Virus record (IMG/VR): IMGVR_UViG_3300042507_002545 | Location: 1 to 64,000 of that record | Length of the DNA stretch: 64,000 nucleotides | DNA from: a virus | Lineage: Duplodnaviria > Caudoviricetes | Strand: one strand, 5' to 3' | In this document: one piece after another, positions 30,051-39,907 of the stretch | Numbering within the stretch: position 1 is the stretch's first letter | Layout: each line of letters starts with the position of its first letter | The notes under the pieces: model-generated | What the model was told of the DNA's origin: nothing | Seen by the model: the letters and a program-made list of their open reading frames with translations, nothing else | The model's database searches: none | Translations under genes and position numbers: made by a program

Positions 30051-30858
30051 TTTCTTTCAATCTATTAATAATGTTTATAACTTCAGTTTTAAGATATGGT
30101 ACATCATATTGTACAATTTCTTGTACAACTGGCTCACCAAAATCATCATATTTCACAATTCTGTTGTCATACGCGTCTTTACCAGCTTCCTCAAATAGTA
30201 TATGCTCAATAATCATTTTACCCGGTTTCAATCTGGGATTGTGTTTAAGAATCATATACATATAAAAGCTTAATTGCAATGAGTAATGATTAAGATTACA
30301 GTCATCCAAATGATTGACTGGATCAAGCATTTTATCAGTAATTCCTTCCCAGTTAGTGTAACCGGTGGTTTTAATTTCTTTATTTGTTTTATAATCATAA
30401 ATGTTGACCTTGCCATTTACTATCTCAACTCTATCCGCTTGGCCACATAGCCCCGCACTCTTAAGATACATCATATGTTCGGGATATACACCATCACCAA
30501 GCTTTTGATCTGGTGCATTTTTAATACCATCTATTTCAATAGGTTTAAAAATTGGAACAACAATATCCTCTCTACTAATACTTTCACATGATAATAGGTC
30601 ACGCTCTCTTTGTGCATGGTACCAAGTACCAAGACTCATAGCTCTATTAGATTCGCTTTTCCAAGCTTCTTTAATAGCTTCTGGTGTCATACCATACCAC
30701 TTGCTTTTTTTACTCTTAGCTGACTTAGCAGCTATAGTATCAGCATCAAATGGTTTCTTAAATTTAGATATGACACTAGTTACACTAGTCCATGAGATGT
30801 TCTCATTAGGATCAATACTTGTGTAACTGTGAGTCTCAGGTTTGAATACTATTGCCAT
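30037..30858 (-). CDS. PD-(D/E)XK (RecB/Cas4-like) nuclease
   Basis: SVTSVI, GTWYH, GQADRV, IYDYKTN and YSLQLSFY motifs. Confidence 0.85.
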   Translation of the reverse strand: MAIVFKPETHSYTSIDPNENISWTSVTSVISKFKKPFDADTIAAKSAKSKKSKWYGMTPEAIKEAWKSESNRAMSLGTWYHAQRERDLLSCESISREDIVVPIFKPIEIDGIKNAPDQKLGDGVYPEHMMYLKSAGLCGQADRVEIVNGKVNIYDYKTNKEIKTTGYTNWEGITDKMLDPVNHLDDCNLNHYSLQLSFYMYMILKHNPRLKPGKMIIEHILFEEAGKDAYDNRIVKYDDFGEPVVQEIVQYDVPYLKTEVINIINRLKENVKA

Positions 30859-30862
30859 AGTT

Positions 30863-31726
30863 TTACTTATTATACGGAATTTTATAACTTATGATTTTAA
30901 GATCATCTTCTCTACTAAAAAACTTAATAAATACTTCGCAAGTATCATTCTGATATGAGTGCATTAAGAAAAAACCTATAGATGGTCTATACTTTCTAAA
31001 CCAAAATTCAAATAATCTATGGTCATATTGGTATAGTTCATAAATAGTTTGCTTCCAACGTCCATATATATTACATACATTATTTTTATCTAGGGCAGAT
31101 TGAATAATATCTGCAGCATCATTTATAAGTTTTCCGTAATCACCTTCGTCATATATACTACCCTTAGCAATTTTAGTAGCATTCATTGTCTCATAATACT
31201 CAACAAGCTCATAATTTTTAAAAAAACATGCCTTATCACAAAGGTTAGGTTCATCTAAAAGCTCATCAGTTATATCTAAATTCAAGTTATAATCTTCTTG
31301 AGTATATACTTTATTATTAATTTTCTTAAGTATAGTGGGTTTAAAAAGAGTTTTAGGATCAACAGGTATTTCTACTAGTTCTTCAACAAGTTCATCAATA
31401 GGTGATGGCTTTTCACTAGCTTCTAATCTTGCAGTTATATCATCCTCTTCTTCTTCGCTCATTACAGCAAACCATCTTCCTTGTGGGCATGCTGATGACA
31501 TGCTATAAGTTTTATACTTAAGCGAACATCCGCAATCACCACAGCAAGGATGAGTTCCGGGTACCTCACACTTATCACCCTTGAGATCTATTAGAGGACA
31601 TGTACTACATATATCATTTCTGTAGCTTGCTATTTTCTCAATCTTCTTACGAGTAAAGTAATAGTTGAATACTCCTTCAAGAATTAACCACTTACTCTTC
31701 CAGATTTTCTTGATCTTGCTTACCAT
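30863..31726 (-). CDS. Zn-finger protein with C-terminal domain of unknown function
   Basis: RNDICSTCP...CCGDCGCSL...ACPQGRW in the first 90 aa. Confidence 0.6.
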   Translation of the reverse strand: MVSKIKKIWKSKWLILEGVFNYYFTRKKIEKIASYRNDICSTCPLIDLKGDKCEVPGTHPCCGDCGCSLKYKTYSMSSACPQGRWFAVMSEEEEDDITARLEASEKPSPIDELVEELVEIPVDPKTLFKPTILKKINNKVYTQEDYNLNLDITDELLDEPNLCDKACFFKNYELVEYYETMNATKIAKGSIYDEGDYGKLINDAADIIQSALDKNNVCNIYGRWKQTIYELYQYDHRLFEFWFRKYRPSIGFFLMHSYQNDTCEVFIKFFSREDDLKIISYKIPYNK

Positions 31727-32081
31727 ATCGTTTTTCTATAACGGTTTGTTTTATTTCTTTATAACTTTCTAGTTCTTGCTGTATCTCTAGGAGACGTTTA
31801 AGTCGGCTATCCGTTAAACTATAAGCCTGGTACTTATTAAAAGTTTTTGGGACAGGAGCCTTTTGGTACTCCCTATAGACATCAATAGTTCTACTTAATG
31901 TTTTTGGCATTACTTCAAAAGTACCAAGGTTTATAACATCAAGTCTAGGTGACATTAAGTTAGTCATTTGTTTTCGCAAACTTCCCCAATAAAAGTCAAG
32001 AATATCTCTAACGAGATTCTCATCTAGTTGGAGGTCAGTTGCTACTTGGCTGTAAAGGGTTTTCGCTTTCTTGGGATTCAA
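31692..32081 (-). CDS. HU/IHF-like DNA-binding protein
   Basis: LYSQVATDLQLDENLVRDI...VINLGTFEV matches the HU fold pattern. Confidence 0.6.
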   Translation of the reverse strand: MNPKKAKTLYSQVATDLQLDENLVRDILDFYWGSLRKQMTNLMSPRLDVINLGTFEVMPKTLSRTIDVYREYQKAPVPKTFNKYQAYSLTDSRLKRLLEIQQELESYKEIKQTVIEKRYGKQDQENLEE

Positions 32082-32439
32082 CTCTTACCATTTTATAGTC
32101 TAACAAAATATTACCAGTTGTTTGGATCATAATCTCTGGGTTAAGCTTAATGCGTTTCTTAGCCTTACCATTTTTAAATACATTTACCAAACCGCGTCGC
32201 TGACCTTTAGATATTGCATTTCTTACGGATTGGCTATTGCCGAAAATATTATTGTCGGCAACAGCATTACAAAAATCCGCAAGTTCTTTTTCACCTGATA
32301 TTGCTAAATAGGTTAAGCAATTAAGGTCACGATCAGATACTGAAATGTTTTTTAAATGGCAATGCACATTAAGCTGAAAACGTACTATGTCCCATAGGTT
32401 CATGCGTACTTTTTTCTGTACTTGATTTACTACTGCCAT
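32035..32439 (-). CDS. Putative winged-helix DNA-binding protein
   Basis: SQSVRNAISK..RRGLV...IKLNP wHTH-like pattern. Confidence 0.5.
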   Translation of the reverse strand: MAVVNQVQKKVRMNLWDIVRFQLNVHCHLKNISVSDRDLNCLTYLAISGEKELADFCNAVADNNIFGNSQSVRNAISKGQRRGLVNVFKNGKAKKRIKLNPEIMIQTTGNILLDYKMVRVESQESENPLQPSSN

Positions 32440-32445
32440 GATAAC

Positions 32446-32721
32446 TTACTTTTCTTTTCTTAAAACGCGTTTTCTAATCTCAGCCGTTTCTTCTGCAGTC
32501 TCCGGTGCATCATCACCTTCTTGTGGAGCTGGCGCCATAATTTGAGCTTGACGCATTTGAGCTACTAAACGTCTTGCACGTAACTCTTCAATTTCTGTAG
32601 CAAGTGTTTCATAGTCTTTTTGCAATTGAAGAACTTCAATTTGCTCTTTGTAAAAAGCCATTAACTCAGCTTTCTTCTCCTCAATTTGCTCAGGAGTAAA
32701 CATTTCTTGTTGGTTTTCCAT
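32446..32721 (-). CDS. Coiled-coil hypothetical protein
   Basis: Likely start MENQQEMF at 32721, downstream of a TATATTTG box. Confidence 0.6.
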   Translation of the reverse strand: MENQQEMFTPEQIEEKKAELMAFYKEQIEVLQLQKDYETLATEIEELRARRLVAQMRQAQIMAPAPQEGDDAPETAEETAEIRKRVLRKEK

Positions 32722-32745
32722 AACTTTTATATATTTAGGTTTACA

Positions 32746-32753
32746 CAAATATA
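32746..32753 (-). promoter_or_regulatory. Bacteroidota-type -7 promoter box (TATATTTG)
   Basis: TAnnTTTG located between a terminator and the packaging operon. Confidence 0.55.
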
Positions 32754-32785
32754 TGATAAAAAGTTTAAACTCCAAATGTTTAGAC

Positions 32786-32819
32786 AAAAAAATACCCAGG
32801 CACGTTTGCCCAGGTATTT
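32786..32819 (-). terminator. Intrinsic terminator
   Basis: AAATACCTGGGCA-AACG-TGCCTGGGTATTTTTTT on the minus strand. Confidence 0.75.
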
Positions 32820-32847
32820 AACCTAAATCATATTAACCAGATAAGAA

Positions 32848-33201
32848 TTAAGCGCGTTTGCCGTCTTCTTCTCTCTTAGCCTTTATGTAACCTGTTAACT
32901 CAGCAATGTTAGTACTCAATTGAGTCATGTGAGTTGTAAGGTTATCCATCTTTAGATCAAGCTTCTCGTGAGCAGCTTTTTGATCTTCTTTAAGTATTTC
33001 CATTCTATTATAGATGCTTGTCTCTTTAGCCATAAGATCTGTTTCTAGGGAGTCCATATCACCCGTAAGTTTATCTACTTTCCCTCTCAACTTTCCCAGT
33101 TCCTGCTTAAGAGCATAATATGCTGATAAACCTGATCCTATTGTCATCACTATCCAGATAACATCTTTAGTAGTGAACATCCATGCTTCTGCTGATCCCA
33201 T
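32848..33201 (-). CDS. Single-TM coiled-coil protein (holin-like or membrane cargo)
   Basis: Hydrophobic VIWIVMTIGSGLSAYYAL followed by heptad repeats. Confidence 0.5.
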   Translation of the reverse strand: MGSAEAWMFTTKDVIWIVMTIGSGLSAYYALKQELGKLRGKVDKLTGDMDSLETDLMAKETSIYNRMEILKEDQKAAHEKLDLKMDNLTTHMTQLSTNIAELTGYIKAKREEDGKRA

Positions 33202-33236
33202 AATCGTCTTACATATATATTATAATATACAACATT

Positions 33237-35279
33237 TTATAATTCTGAGCAAGGAAATTGATTTGTACAATCTATGCAGCTTCCATAATTTGCAGTTGCA
33301 TTTTGCTGATTATATAAAGTTGGCGTTGCTGTACTAAATCCTACTAATGTAACACAAGTTGGTGTATACGGACCTTCCGGAAATTCACTTAGTGGAATCA
33401 TTGCTGTACCACCAAACCCTGTATACCATGAACCAGTATATTGAACAATTATATTAGGACCTCCACAGCATTGTGAAAACTCTAATGTTTTAGTTGTATC
33501 AAGTAGTAACTCACATTCTGGACATGTTGCAAAAGGACCCTCCTTTAAAAAACCTTTACCTGAACCAGGATATGTAGGATAACCAAGAGATAATACCTCA
33601 AAACATGAGAGAATTTCTCCAAAGGATCCTAAAATAATACCTACATAAAAACCACCTATAGATGGAGGACCATCAGTGTCTAGTACTACATTGTTGTAAA
33701 CTATATCTGTTTGGCAATCTTTTATATTGTATGCACCGTTACAACCAGTATTTTCTAAACATTGTCTACAGTCTTGATAACCTGGAAAATTTGGATTTGG
33801 TAAAGAATTCCAAGGCCATATCTCAAATGTAGCTATGCCCGTAGTATTAAAAGATAATACTTCCCAACATATACCCCAGTAATCATTGAATACGGTATTT
33901 TCATTAAATAGCATAAACTCTGCGGGAACTTGAGCTACTTCTACGCGGTCATTATCACAACATGACTTAATAGTAATAAAGTATTCTTCAGGACAAGGAT
34001 TTGCTGCAATACATAAATCACATGATGTTGGTTCAACACCTTCACCTTGATATGGATACACCGTATCTACTTCAATACCGTATATAGTTGGTAACTGACC
34101 AGTATCAACCTTAGTTACTCGCCAGCATATACCGTTTGTATCTACAAAGGCATCACCTTCATTTAAGAGATTTGGTACTGCTATAATACCACCTATTCCT
34201 GCACAACACGATTGTACTCCATAAAAATAAGGACATGGGTTTGCTAACTTACATGCTTCACAATCCCCCATAATAATAGTATCTACAGTAATAGATTCTT
34301 CTGATATTGGTGCACCTGTTTCTTCAGCTACAGTCCAACATAATCCGTGGTTATCTACAAAAGTATCTCCTACAACTAATCCTGGTAAAGATCCTGTTAC
34401 ATATTCAATACCCTGTACACAACATGAACTAATGATAAGATTAAGTGGACAAGGATTTGCGTCTTGACATTCTAAGCAAGTAGCATAGTTATCTTCAAAA
34501 GTTCTAGTGAAGTTAGTCACGTCCGTAGATGTGTCTATTACCTCCCAGCAGTTACCTTCATTATCTACGTGGAAATCACCTACTACTAGACCTGGGATAT
34601 TTACCAATTCTGTAATAGAACCTTCACAACAGTTTTTAATAATGAAAGATGTGTTAACTGCCTTACAAGGTCTTTCTATATCTAGGGTGTGTGATACTGT
34701 TAATATAGTTGGTGAACCTGGTGTTACTGCATCACCTGTAGCATATGTATTATAACCTATAACAATTCTTGTTTTATGAAAATCAAAGCTAGAGTCTAAA
34801 GTTACTTCTGCATTAAAACATGCTGTTCCAAACTCATCAAAGTCTGTTAGAGTTACTGGAATAAAAGTAAACAGCTTTGGATTCTCATCTGAACAATTAA
34901 AATAATATACACCTACTATAAGAGTTACTGATGTAAAACCAGAATTTATCCAGTCTTGATAATAAGGATAATAAGCTGTACCTGATAAAGTTATTTTATC
35001 ATCAGGTACAAGATTTATAGGTAATACTATTCCTGCACTTTTTTCATCAGCGCTTAAGTTTAAACTACCCGCTGTATAGTTTTGCGGAAAATTATATTTT
35101 GTAGCAGACCATACTGGATACTCTGTACCATTTACAGGATCATAATCACCTGCAAAAAATAACTGATCTATAACTTGAGCACCTCTAAAAAAATCACCAG
35201 TAAAACCAAATGAGTGTGAAGCTATCTTAGTATACTCAGGTTGACAACCATCGCCTTTAATAAATATTTGTGTAAGCAT
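33237..35279 (-). CDS. Cys-rich repeat fibre/virion protein
   Basis: About six repeats of the form SCC...G..FVD..G.CW.V...C..C...NPC. Confidence 0.65.
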   Translation of the reverse strand: MLTQIFIKGDGCQPEYTKIASHSFGFTGDFFRGAQVIDQLFFAGDYDPVNGTEYPVWSATKYNFPQNYTAGSLNLSADEKSAGIVLPINLVPDDKITLSGTAYYPYYQDWINSGFTSVTLIVGVYYFNCSDENPKLFTFIPVTLTDFDEFGTACFNAEVTLDSSFDFHKTRIVIGYNTYATGDAVTPGSPTILTVSHTLDIERPCKAVNTSFIIKNCCEGSITELVNIPGLVVGDFHVDNEGNCWEVIDTSTDVTNFTRTFEDNYATCLECQDANPCPLNLIISSCCVQGIEYVTGSLPGLVVGDTFVDNHGLCWTVAEETGAPISEESITVDTIIMGDCEACKLANPCPYFYGVQSCCAGIGGIIAVPNLLNEGDAFVDTNGICWRVTKVDTGQLPTIYGIEVDTVYPYQGEGVEPTSCDLCIAANPCPEEYFITIKSCCDNDRVEVAQVPAEFMLFNENTVFNDYWGICWEVLSFNTTGIATFEIWPWNSLPNPNFPGYQDCRQCLENTGCNGAYNIKDCQTDIVYNNVVLDTDGPPSIGGFYVGIILGSFGEILSCFEVLSLGYPTYPGSGKGFLKEGPFATCPECELLLDTTKTLEFSQCCGGPNIIVQYTGSWYTGFGGTAMIPLSEFPEGPYTPTCVTLVGFSTATPTLYNQQNATANYGSCIDCTNQFPCSEL

Positions 35280-35280
35280 C

Positions 35281-35631
35281 TTATTTTACAGTTGTAATTA
35301 AGAATTCAGTTCCTGTTGCATTTAATGCTACATAATTTGCAGCAAATACATTATTAGGGCTACCTGCTTCAAGGTTAATAATTTCACCTGTTTTTAAATC
35401 AGTTCCATTAACTGTACCTGTTGCAGTACCTACATTAGCTACTGAGATAGAATATATAGGGGTAGTGTTAGTCCAGATTCCTGTACTTCTTTGTACTGTA
35501 AAAGTTCTAACAACGGGAGTTGCTGTACCAGATAGTACATCCACAATAGCCTGAAGACCTTTTAGCATTTTGAACTGCCAAGGGAAATTATTCTTCTTAT
35601 TTCCTTCTGTGTTTAAGTTACCTACACTCAT
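35281..35631 (-). CDS. Small virion/fibre-associated protein
   Basis: 116 aa; MSVGNLNTEGNKKNNFPWQ N-terminus and beta-rich C-terminus. Confidence 0.6.
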   Translation of the reverse strand: MSVGNLNTEGNKKNNFPWQFKMLKGLQAIVDVLSGTATPVVRTFTVQRSTGIWTNTTPIYSISVANVGTATGTVNGTDLKTGEIINLEAGSPNNVFAANYVALNATGTEFLITTVK

Positions 35632-35669
35632 TGTATTAGTTTTTTAAATGTTTTATATAATATGAATTT

Positions 35670-36920
35670 TTATCTACTTATTTCTTCCCAATCCACTGAA
35701 ACATATGCCCCTAAAGTTCCACCTGTAGCATCTATTGCCATCTCAACTGCTAATTCAAAAGCAGTTCCTGTAAAACTATTTCTTTCAAGCTGAGTAGCAA
35801 ACAATGCTTCTTTTAATATATTGATACTTGGAGATCCTTGATTGGATGAATTTACATATCCTTGTGCTAATATTCTACCTCCTGTAACAGATGATCCTGT
35901 AAGGTTGTATTCTACAGATGAATCAGCACCTGCTGAAACCCAAGATCCTCCTGTTGTTATAGCAGATTGGACAACCCTCCATGCATAGTTTTTACCGTTA
36001 CCTAATCCTAATAAAGATATTGCTGTAGTTATAACTATAGCATCTAATGTAGTAGTTTTAAGTCTAATTCCTAGCATTGGATAATACGTTCCTGCTACAG
36101 CAAATGTTTTAGGAGCAGTAATAGATGTGCCAACTGCTTGTTGAGCTCCTCTAAGTTCATAACCACCTTCAGATATTGCACTAGAACAAACTTGTTTTAG
36201 TGTACTTGGACTAGCTGTTACTCCCGTATTAGTTATCTCATATCTAAGTGGTAATGAAGCAGTAGTGATATAAGTAGAAGTAATAAGGTTAGCATGATTA
36301 AACCTATGGCATACAATGAAGTTGCCATCTATAATAAAACCTACTCTTACAGTTCCTTCTCCTAACCACTCAATATCCATGAATAAAATCTGAGCCTTAG
36401 TAATATCTAAAGTTATTCCCGATGGACCATTACCGTTTAAAGGATCAGCATTCCAAGAAGCTTGGTTAACTACTGATTCTGTAACAATACCTGTGACTAA
36501 ACTTCTTTCAACAAAACTTAAAGTACTATTATTTAATTGAACATAAATTCCATTATCCGTACCAAAGTATCCTACTCTTTGTCTAAGATTAGTTTGAGCA
36601 GGAGCCATTACAAATGTGTTCATTACAAGTAATGACTTACCTGGTTGATATGACATTACTTTAAAAGTTTCTCTTAATACTTGAGATCCGCTTGTTGTAT
36701 TTACATTTAGATTTACTAGACCTTCATTTGCACTAAATACTGCTGTTCCTCCACTGGCTGTGGAAGTGGCCCAAAGTCCATTATCACGATATCTATGTGA
36801 AGAATCAAATAGAGTTAATGGGTTTGATACTCTTAGTCTACCAAACGCATCTGCTAACATTGGATCATTAGCAACTATTGATTGATTAGATATACCAGAA
36901 GTAGATATTATTGTACTCAT
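35670..36920 (-). CDS. Virion structural protein (DAFGRLRVS family)
   Basis: DAFGRLRVSNPLTLFDS, YQPGKS, DIEWLG.G.VR.GF, LPLRYEI and SEGG motifs common in phage virion proteins. Confidence 0.7.
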   Translation of the reverse strand: MSTIISTSGISNQSIVANDPMLADAFGRLRVSNPLTLFDSSHRYRDNGLWATSTASGGTAVFSANEGLVNLNVNTTSGSQVLRETFKVMSYQPGKSLLVMNTFVMAPAQTNLRQRVGYFGTDNGIYVQLNNSTLSFVERSLVTGIVTESVVNQASWNADPLNGNGPSGITLDITKAQILFMDIEWLGEGTVRVGFIIDGNFIVCHRFNHANLITSTYITTASLPLRYEITNTGVTASPSTLKQVCSSAISEGGYELRGAQQAVGTSITAPKTFAVAGTYYPMLGIRLKTTTLDAIVITTAISLLGLGNGKNYAWRVVQSAITTGGSWVSAGADSSVEYNLTGSSVTGGRILAQGYVNSSNQGSPSINILKEALFATQLERNSFTGTAFELAVEMAIDATGGTLGAYVSVDWEEISR

Positions 36921-37003
36921 TGCGCAATTGAAATAAGTAGTAACTCTCCACCTACTTTAGAGTATTTATCTCTTTCTTTAGGATTGCCGTTACCTAGTGC
37001 CAT
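36917..37003 (-). pseudogene. 28 aa ORF, possible internally deleted paralog of 35281-35631
   Basis: MALGNGNPKERDKYSKVGGELLLISIAQ resembles both ends of the 116 aa protein; ATGA-coupled to the next gene. Confidence 0.4.
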
Positions 37004-37013
37004 AGTGGTATAT

Positions 37014-37652
37014 TTAGAGTAGCTTAGTTATCTGCAAGTATGGTTGATTAAAGAAGGTGTTATCAAACACTGGATATCCTGATGGAACAGCACCCGCGTG
37101 AAGCACCACGATACCCACATAATCACCAACGTTAAATTTAAAAATACCTGAGCCTTGTTTTGTAGCTTCTCCATTACCAGATGTTCCGATATAACCCTGA
37201 TCTAAATACTCTAACTTAGTTCCTAAGTCATTAGATAGGGCGCTTGTTGTAACCGCTAGTCTCATAAAGTCAGTAGCGCCTGTCATATCATATGACGCGT
37301 ATCTGCCGTGAACAAGATAGTAACCTTCAACATTGATGCGTACTTTAGATCCTATTGGTGTATAAACACCAGTACCCTCATTATAAGCTAGGTTATTAAA
37401 AGGAGCTAAAAAGTCTACACCATTTAGTGTATTACTTAGTCCGCTAGTACCATTAATGTTTATTTTAACTACACTGTTTTCACCAAATTGACTGGTAAAA
37501 TCAGATACGGTCATACCATAAGACTGGTACTTGTCTCCGCGTTTAGCAAATGATGCGTTACTACCAAGAATAACGAGGTCCTGTGTAGGATCCTGTACTG
37601 TAGTTTTTACTAGTTTGTTTTTGGCTAAGTAGAGCCAGTTTAAAATGTCCAT
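37014..37652 (-). CDS. Fibre/decoration protein, MDILNWL family, with C1q/TNF-like C-terminus
   Basis: Shared ~55 aa N-terminal module; C-terminal F....YN.G..Y...RINVEGYYLV...GDYV pattern. Confidence 0.6.
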   Translation of the reverse strand: MDILNWLYLAKNKLVKTTVQDPTQDLVILGSNASFAKRGDKYQSYGMTVSDFTSQFGENSVVKININGTSGLSNTLNGVDFLAPFNNLAYNEGTGVYTPIGSKVRINVEGYYLVHGRYASYDMTGATDFMRLAVTTSALSNDLGTKLEYLDQGYIGTSGNGEATKQGSGIFKFNVGDYVGIVVLHAGAVPSGYPVFDNTFFNQPYLQITKLL

Positions 37653-37653
37653 G

Positions 37654-38289
37654 TTATCCTTTATTTATTGTTACTTCATAATAACTTACAACAGTTGAGT
37701 CTGCTACACTAACGTTCTGCATATAGAATATAAAGTACTGATCCTGAGCCCAGTTTATATTGTATGTGGAAACTGCTGTAGTAGAAACAGAATCATCATC
37801 AAAACCACCCGTGTTATAAGGAAATACCTCAGTAGAGGTACTTGACTTTACAACAAGTGTTCTCGATAATTGCCCAAATGCAGCATTAGCACCTAAAGCA
37901 GCAATGGCAATACCACTACCACCTACAGCATCTGATGTATTTACACTTACGTATTGAGCTGTTATTCCAGCTGTACCTGTTTTTCTACAACGAGTTCTTA
38001 CAAAGATGCTATCTCCTGGAGCTACCGTATTAGCAGGTATGAGTACACTTGCAGATTTAGTTGCTGCAGTAACCCCTGTTACAGTAGTACCATCAGCAGT
38101 TCTAATGAACTGCGGGTTAACACCTATTGCTAATGCAAAGTCTTCAGAAGGCATGGCATAAGATTGATACTTATCACCACGCTTTTGGAAAGATACATCA
38201 GCACCTAACACTACTAAGTCTTGTGGACTATCTAGTTTAGTTCTGATTAAGTTTTGTTTTTTTATGCCAAGCCAGTTTAGGATATCCAT
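37654..38289 (-). CDS. Fibre/decoration protein, MDILNWL family
   Basis: Same N-terminal module (DLVVLGA...RGDKYQSY) with a different beta-rich C-terminus. Confidence 0.6.
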   Translation of the reverse strand: MDILNWLGIKKQNLIRTKLDSPQDLVVLGADVSFQKRGDKYQSYAMPSEDFALAIGVNPQFIRTADGTTVTGVTAATKSASVLIPANTVAPGDSIFVRTRCRKTGTAGITAQYVSVNTSDAVGGSGIAIAALGANAAFGQLSRTLVVKSSTSTEVFPYNTGGFDDDSVSTTAVSTYNINWAQDQYFIFYMQNVSVADSTVVSYYEVTINKG

Positions 38290-38301
38290 TGTGTTTTAAT
38301 A

Positions 38302-39222
38302 TTAAGATGGGTAAACGCGTACTTCAATTGAACTTCCGTTCATTAAACTATCTGTTAAGGTACCAGATCCATTGTAAGTGTTAATATAAATTGCTCCAGA
38401 ATCAAAGCTAGCTGTTGCAATTCCAAAAATGTTGTAATCCTTTGTAAAGAAAACCATAACTCTTGCATTATTTGAACCAATACCTATTAAAGTTGAATTA
38501 CCTGCAAAATAATAATACCCTGTATTAAATCTTTGCCAGCTTCCACCAACACCTCCTAGAGTATTTTCTTTTACTGTAACCGTAGGATTTCCTGATCCGG
38601 ATTGTGATATTTTAGCAGAATAAACAAGATATGATCCTCCTGCACTACCTTGGGGAATACCTAAGTTTAAAACTTGAACAGGTGAACTTCCTGTAAGAGT
38701 TGCTGTAGCACTAGAACCTGCAGCCAATGTGGTAACAGTACCTATAGATAATGCATTGCTTGGGCCTGCAGGACCAGTTGGACCTTGTAATCCAGTAGCA
38801 CCCGTAGCTCCTGTTGCACCTTGTGCTGCAAGTAATGCCCAGTTAGTAGGGTCAGCATTAGGAGGTGTGGCAGATGGACCTACAGGATCTATACAGAACC
38901 ATGATGCTCCTGCATAACCCACAGCGTCATCTACAACATAAGTTCCTGAAGCAGACCATGATCCTTGCCAATTTAATCCAGCAGGACCTACAGGACCTGG
39001 TGCACCAGCAGGACCGGTTGGACCAGCAACACCCGCTGGACCTTGAGGACCGGCAGGCAATGTAGCAGCAAAGTCGTTAATTTCCATTGCGTAGTTTTGA
39101 TAAATATCACCACGCTTATTAGCACCTACTTTAGCACCAAAGATCATTAAATCTTTAGGGTTGTCAATAGAAGTACGTACAAATTTGTTTTTGGCTAGAT
39201 AAAGCCAGTTTAGAATGTCCAT
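38302..39222 (-). CDS. Collagen-repeat fibre protein, MDILNWL family
   Basis: Same N-terminal module; two (G-X-Y)n tracts flanking a W.G.W...Y...D.V.Y.G.SW carbohydrate-binding-like module. Confidence 0.75.
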   Translation of the reverse strand: MDILNWLYLAKNKFVRTSIDNPKDLMIFGAKVGANKRGDIYQNYAMEINDFAATLPAGPQGPAGVAGPTGPAGAPGPVGPAGLNWQGSWSASGTYVVDDAVGYAGASWFCIDPVGPSATPPNADPTNWALLAAQGATGATGATGLQGPTGPAGPSNALSIGTVTTLAAGSSATATLTGSSPVQVLNLGIPQGSAGGSYLVYSAKISQSGSGNPTVTVKENTLGGVGGSWQRFNTGYYYFAGNSTLIGIGSNNARVMVFFTKDYNIFGIATASFDSGAIYINTYNGSGTLTDSLMNGSSIEVRVYPS

Positions 39223-39286
39223 GAGTTGAGTAGATTAATGGATTAATATATACTATAATATAATAAATATCTGTAGAATAACCAAA

Positions 39287-39511
39287 TTATAATGATGTTA
39301 TTGTTTCCCACGCTGTTCCATTATAAACACAAAGTTTATTAAGTGTAGTATCATAAACTACCCATCCTCCTTGAGGCGAAGGGATTGCGTTCTTTTGTAC
39401 TGTGGTCATTTGTGGAAAAGGAAATGCTCTCATTGCTGGTCTACCATTAGGACCTGTTATTTCAAGACCTAAAGGACCATATGCATTACCATTAGAATCA
39501 GTTACTTGCAT
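39287..39511 (-). CDS. Small fibre-type protein
   Basis: FPQMTT.QKNAI.SP..G.VVYDTTLNKLCVYNGTAW, a motif common in Bacteroidota and phage fibre proteins. Confidence 0.65.
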   Translation of the reverse strand: MQVTDSNGNAYGPLGLEITGPNGRPAMRAFPFPQMTTVQKNAIPSPQGGWVVYDTTLNKLCVYNGTAWETITSL

Positions 39512-39512
39512 A

Positions 39513-39815
39513 TTACACTTCTTGTATTAATACTACATACTGGGTACCAGGAGCTGTTGTTAATATATATAACTGATCACCTGCATCAAATGAATATAGA
39601 TATGCATCTGTTAAAATATCTCCAGCCGCTAAGTTTACGGTATATACTGTAGTTGTTACCGGTCCAACTGCTTTTACTTTTCTTAATGTAACGGAATTAG
39701 CAGCTGGGTTACTCAATCTTATAGATATTGTATTTGCAGCATTTAAACCCCCAGGTCTAGTATAAATAAGATTACTTCCTGCAGGTAATGACCCTTCTAA
39801 TGATATTAGTCCCAT
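39513..39815 (-). CDS. Small beta-rich virion protein
   Basis: Likely start MGLISLEG at 39815, downstream of a TATATTTG box. Confidence 0.6.
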   Translation of the reverse strand: MGLISLEGSLPAGSNLIYTRPGGLNAANTISIRLSNPAANSVTLRKVKAVGPVTTTVYTVNLAAGDILTDAYLYSFDAGDQLYILTTAPGTQYVVLIQEV

Positions 39816-39830
39816 AGTGTAAAGATAATA

Positions 39831-39838
39831 CAAATATA
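39831..39838 (-). promoter_or_regulatory. Bacteroidota-type -7 promoter box in the divergent intergenic region
   Basis: TATATTTG on the minus strand at the head of the structural module. Confidence 0.55.
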
Positions 39839-39907
39839 AAAAAATTTCATATAATGTGCTGATTATTAAAATATTTTGCTTAAACTTGTATAAGATATAC
39901 ACATCTT

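Noticed and set aside
30037-30858. Cas4 of a CRISPR system
   Set aside because: It lacks the Fe-S cysteine cluster and has no cas neighbours; it is the usual crAss-like PD-(D/E)XK nuclease.
33237-39222. Diversity-generating retroelement or invertase shufflon acting on fibre genes
   Set aside because: No reverse transcriptase or recombinase in the window, no adenine-specific template/variable repeat pair seen, and all genes are co-oriented.
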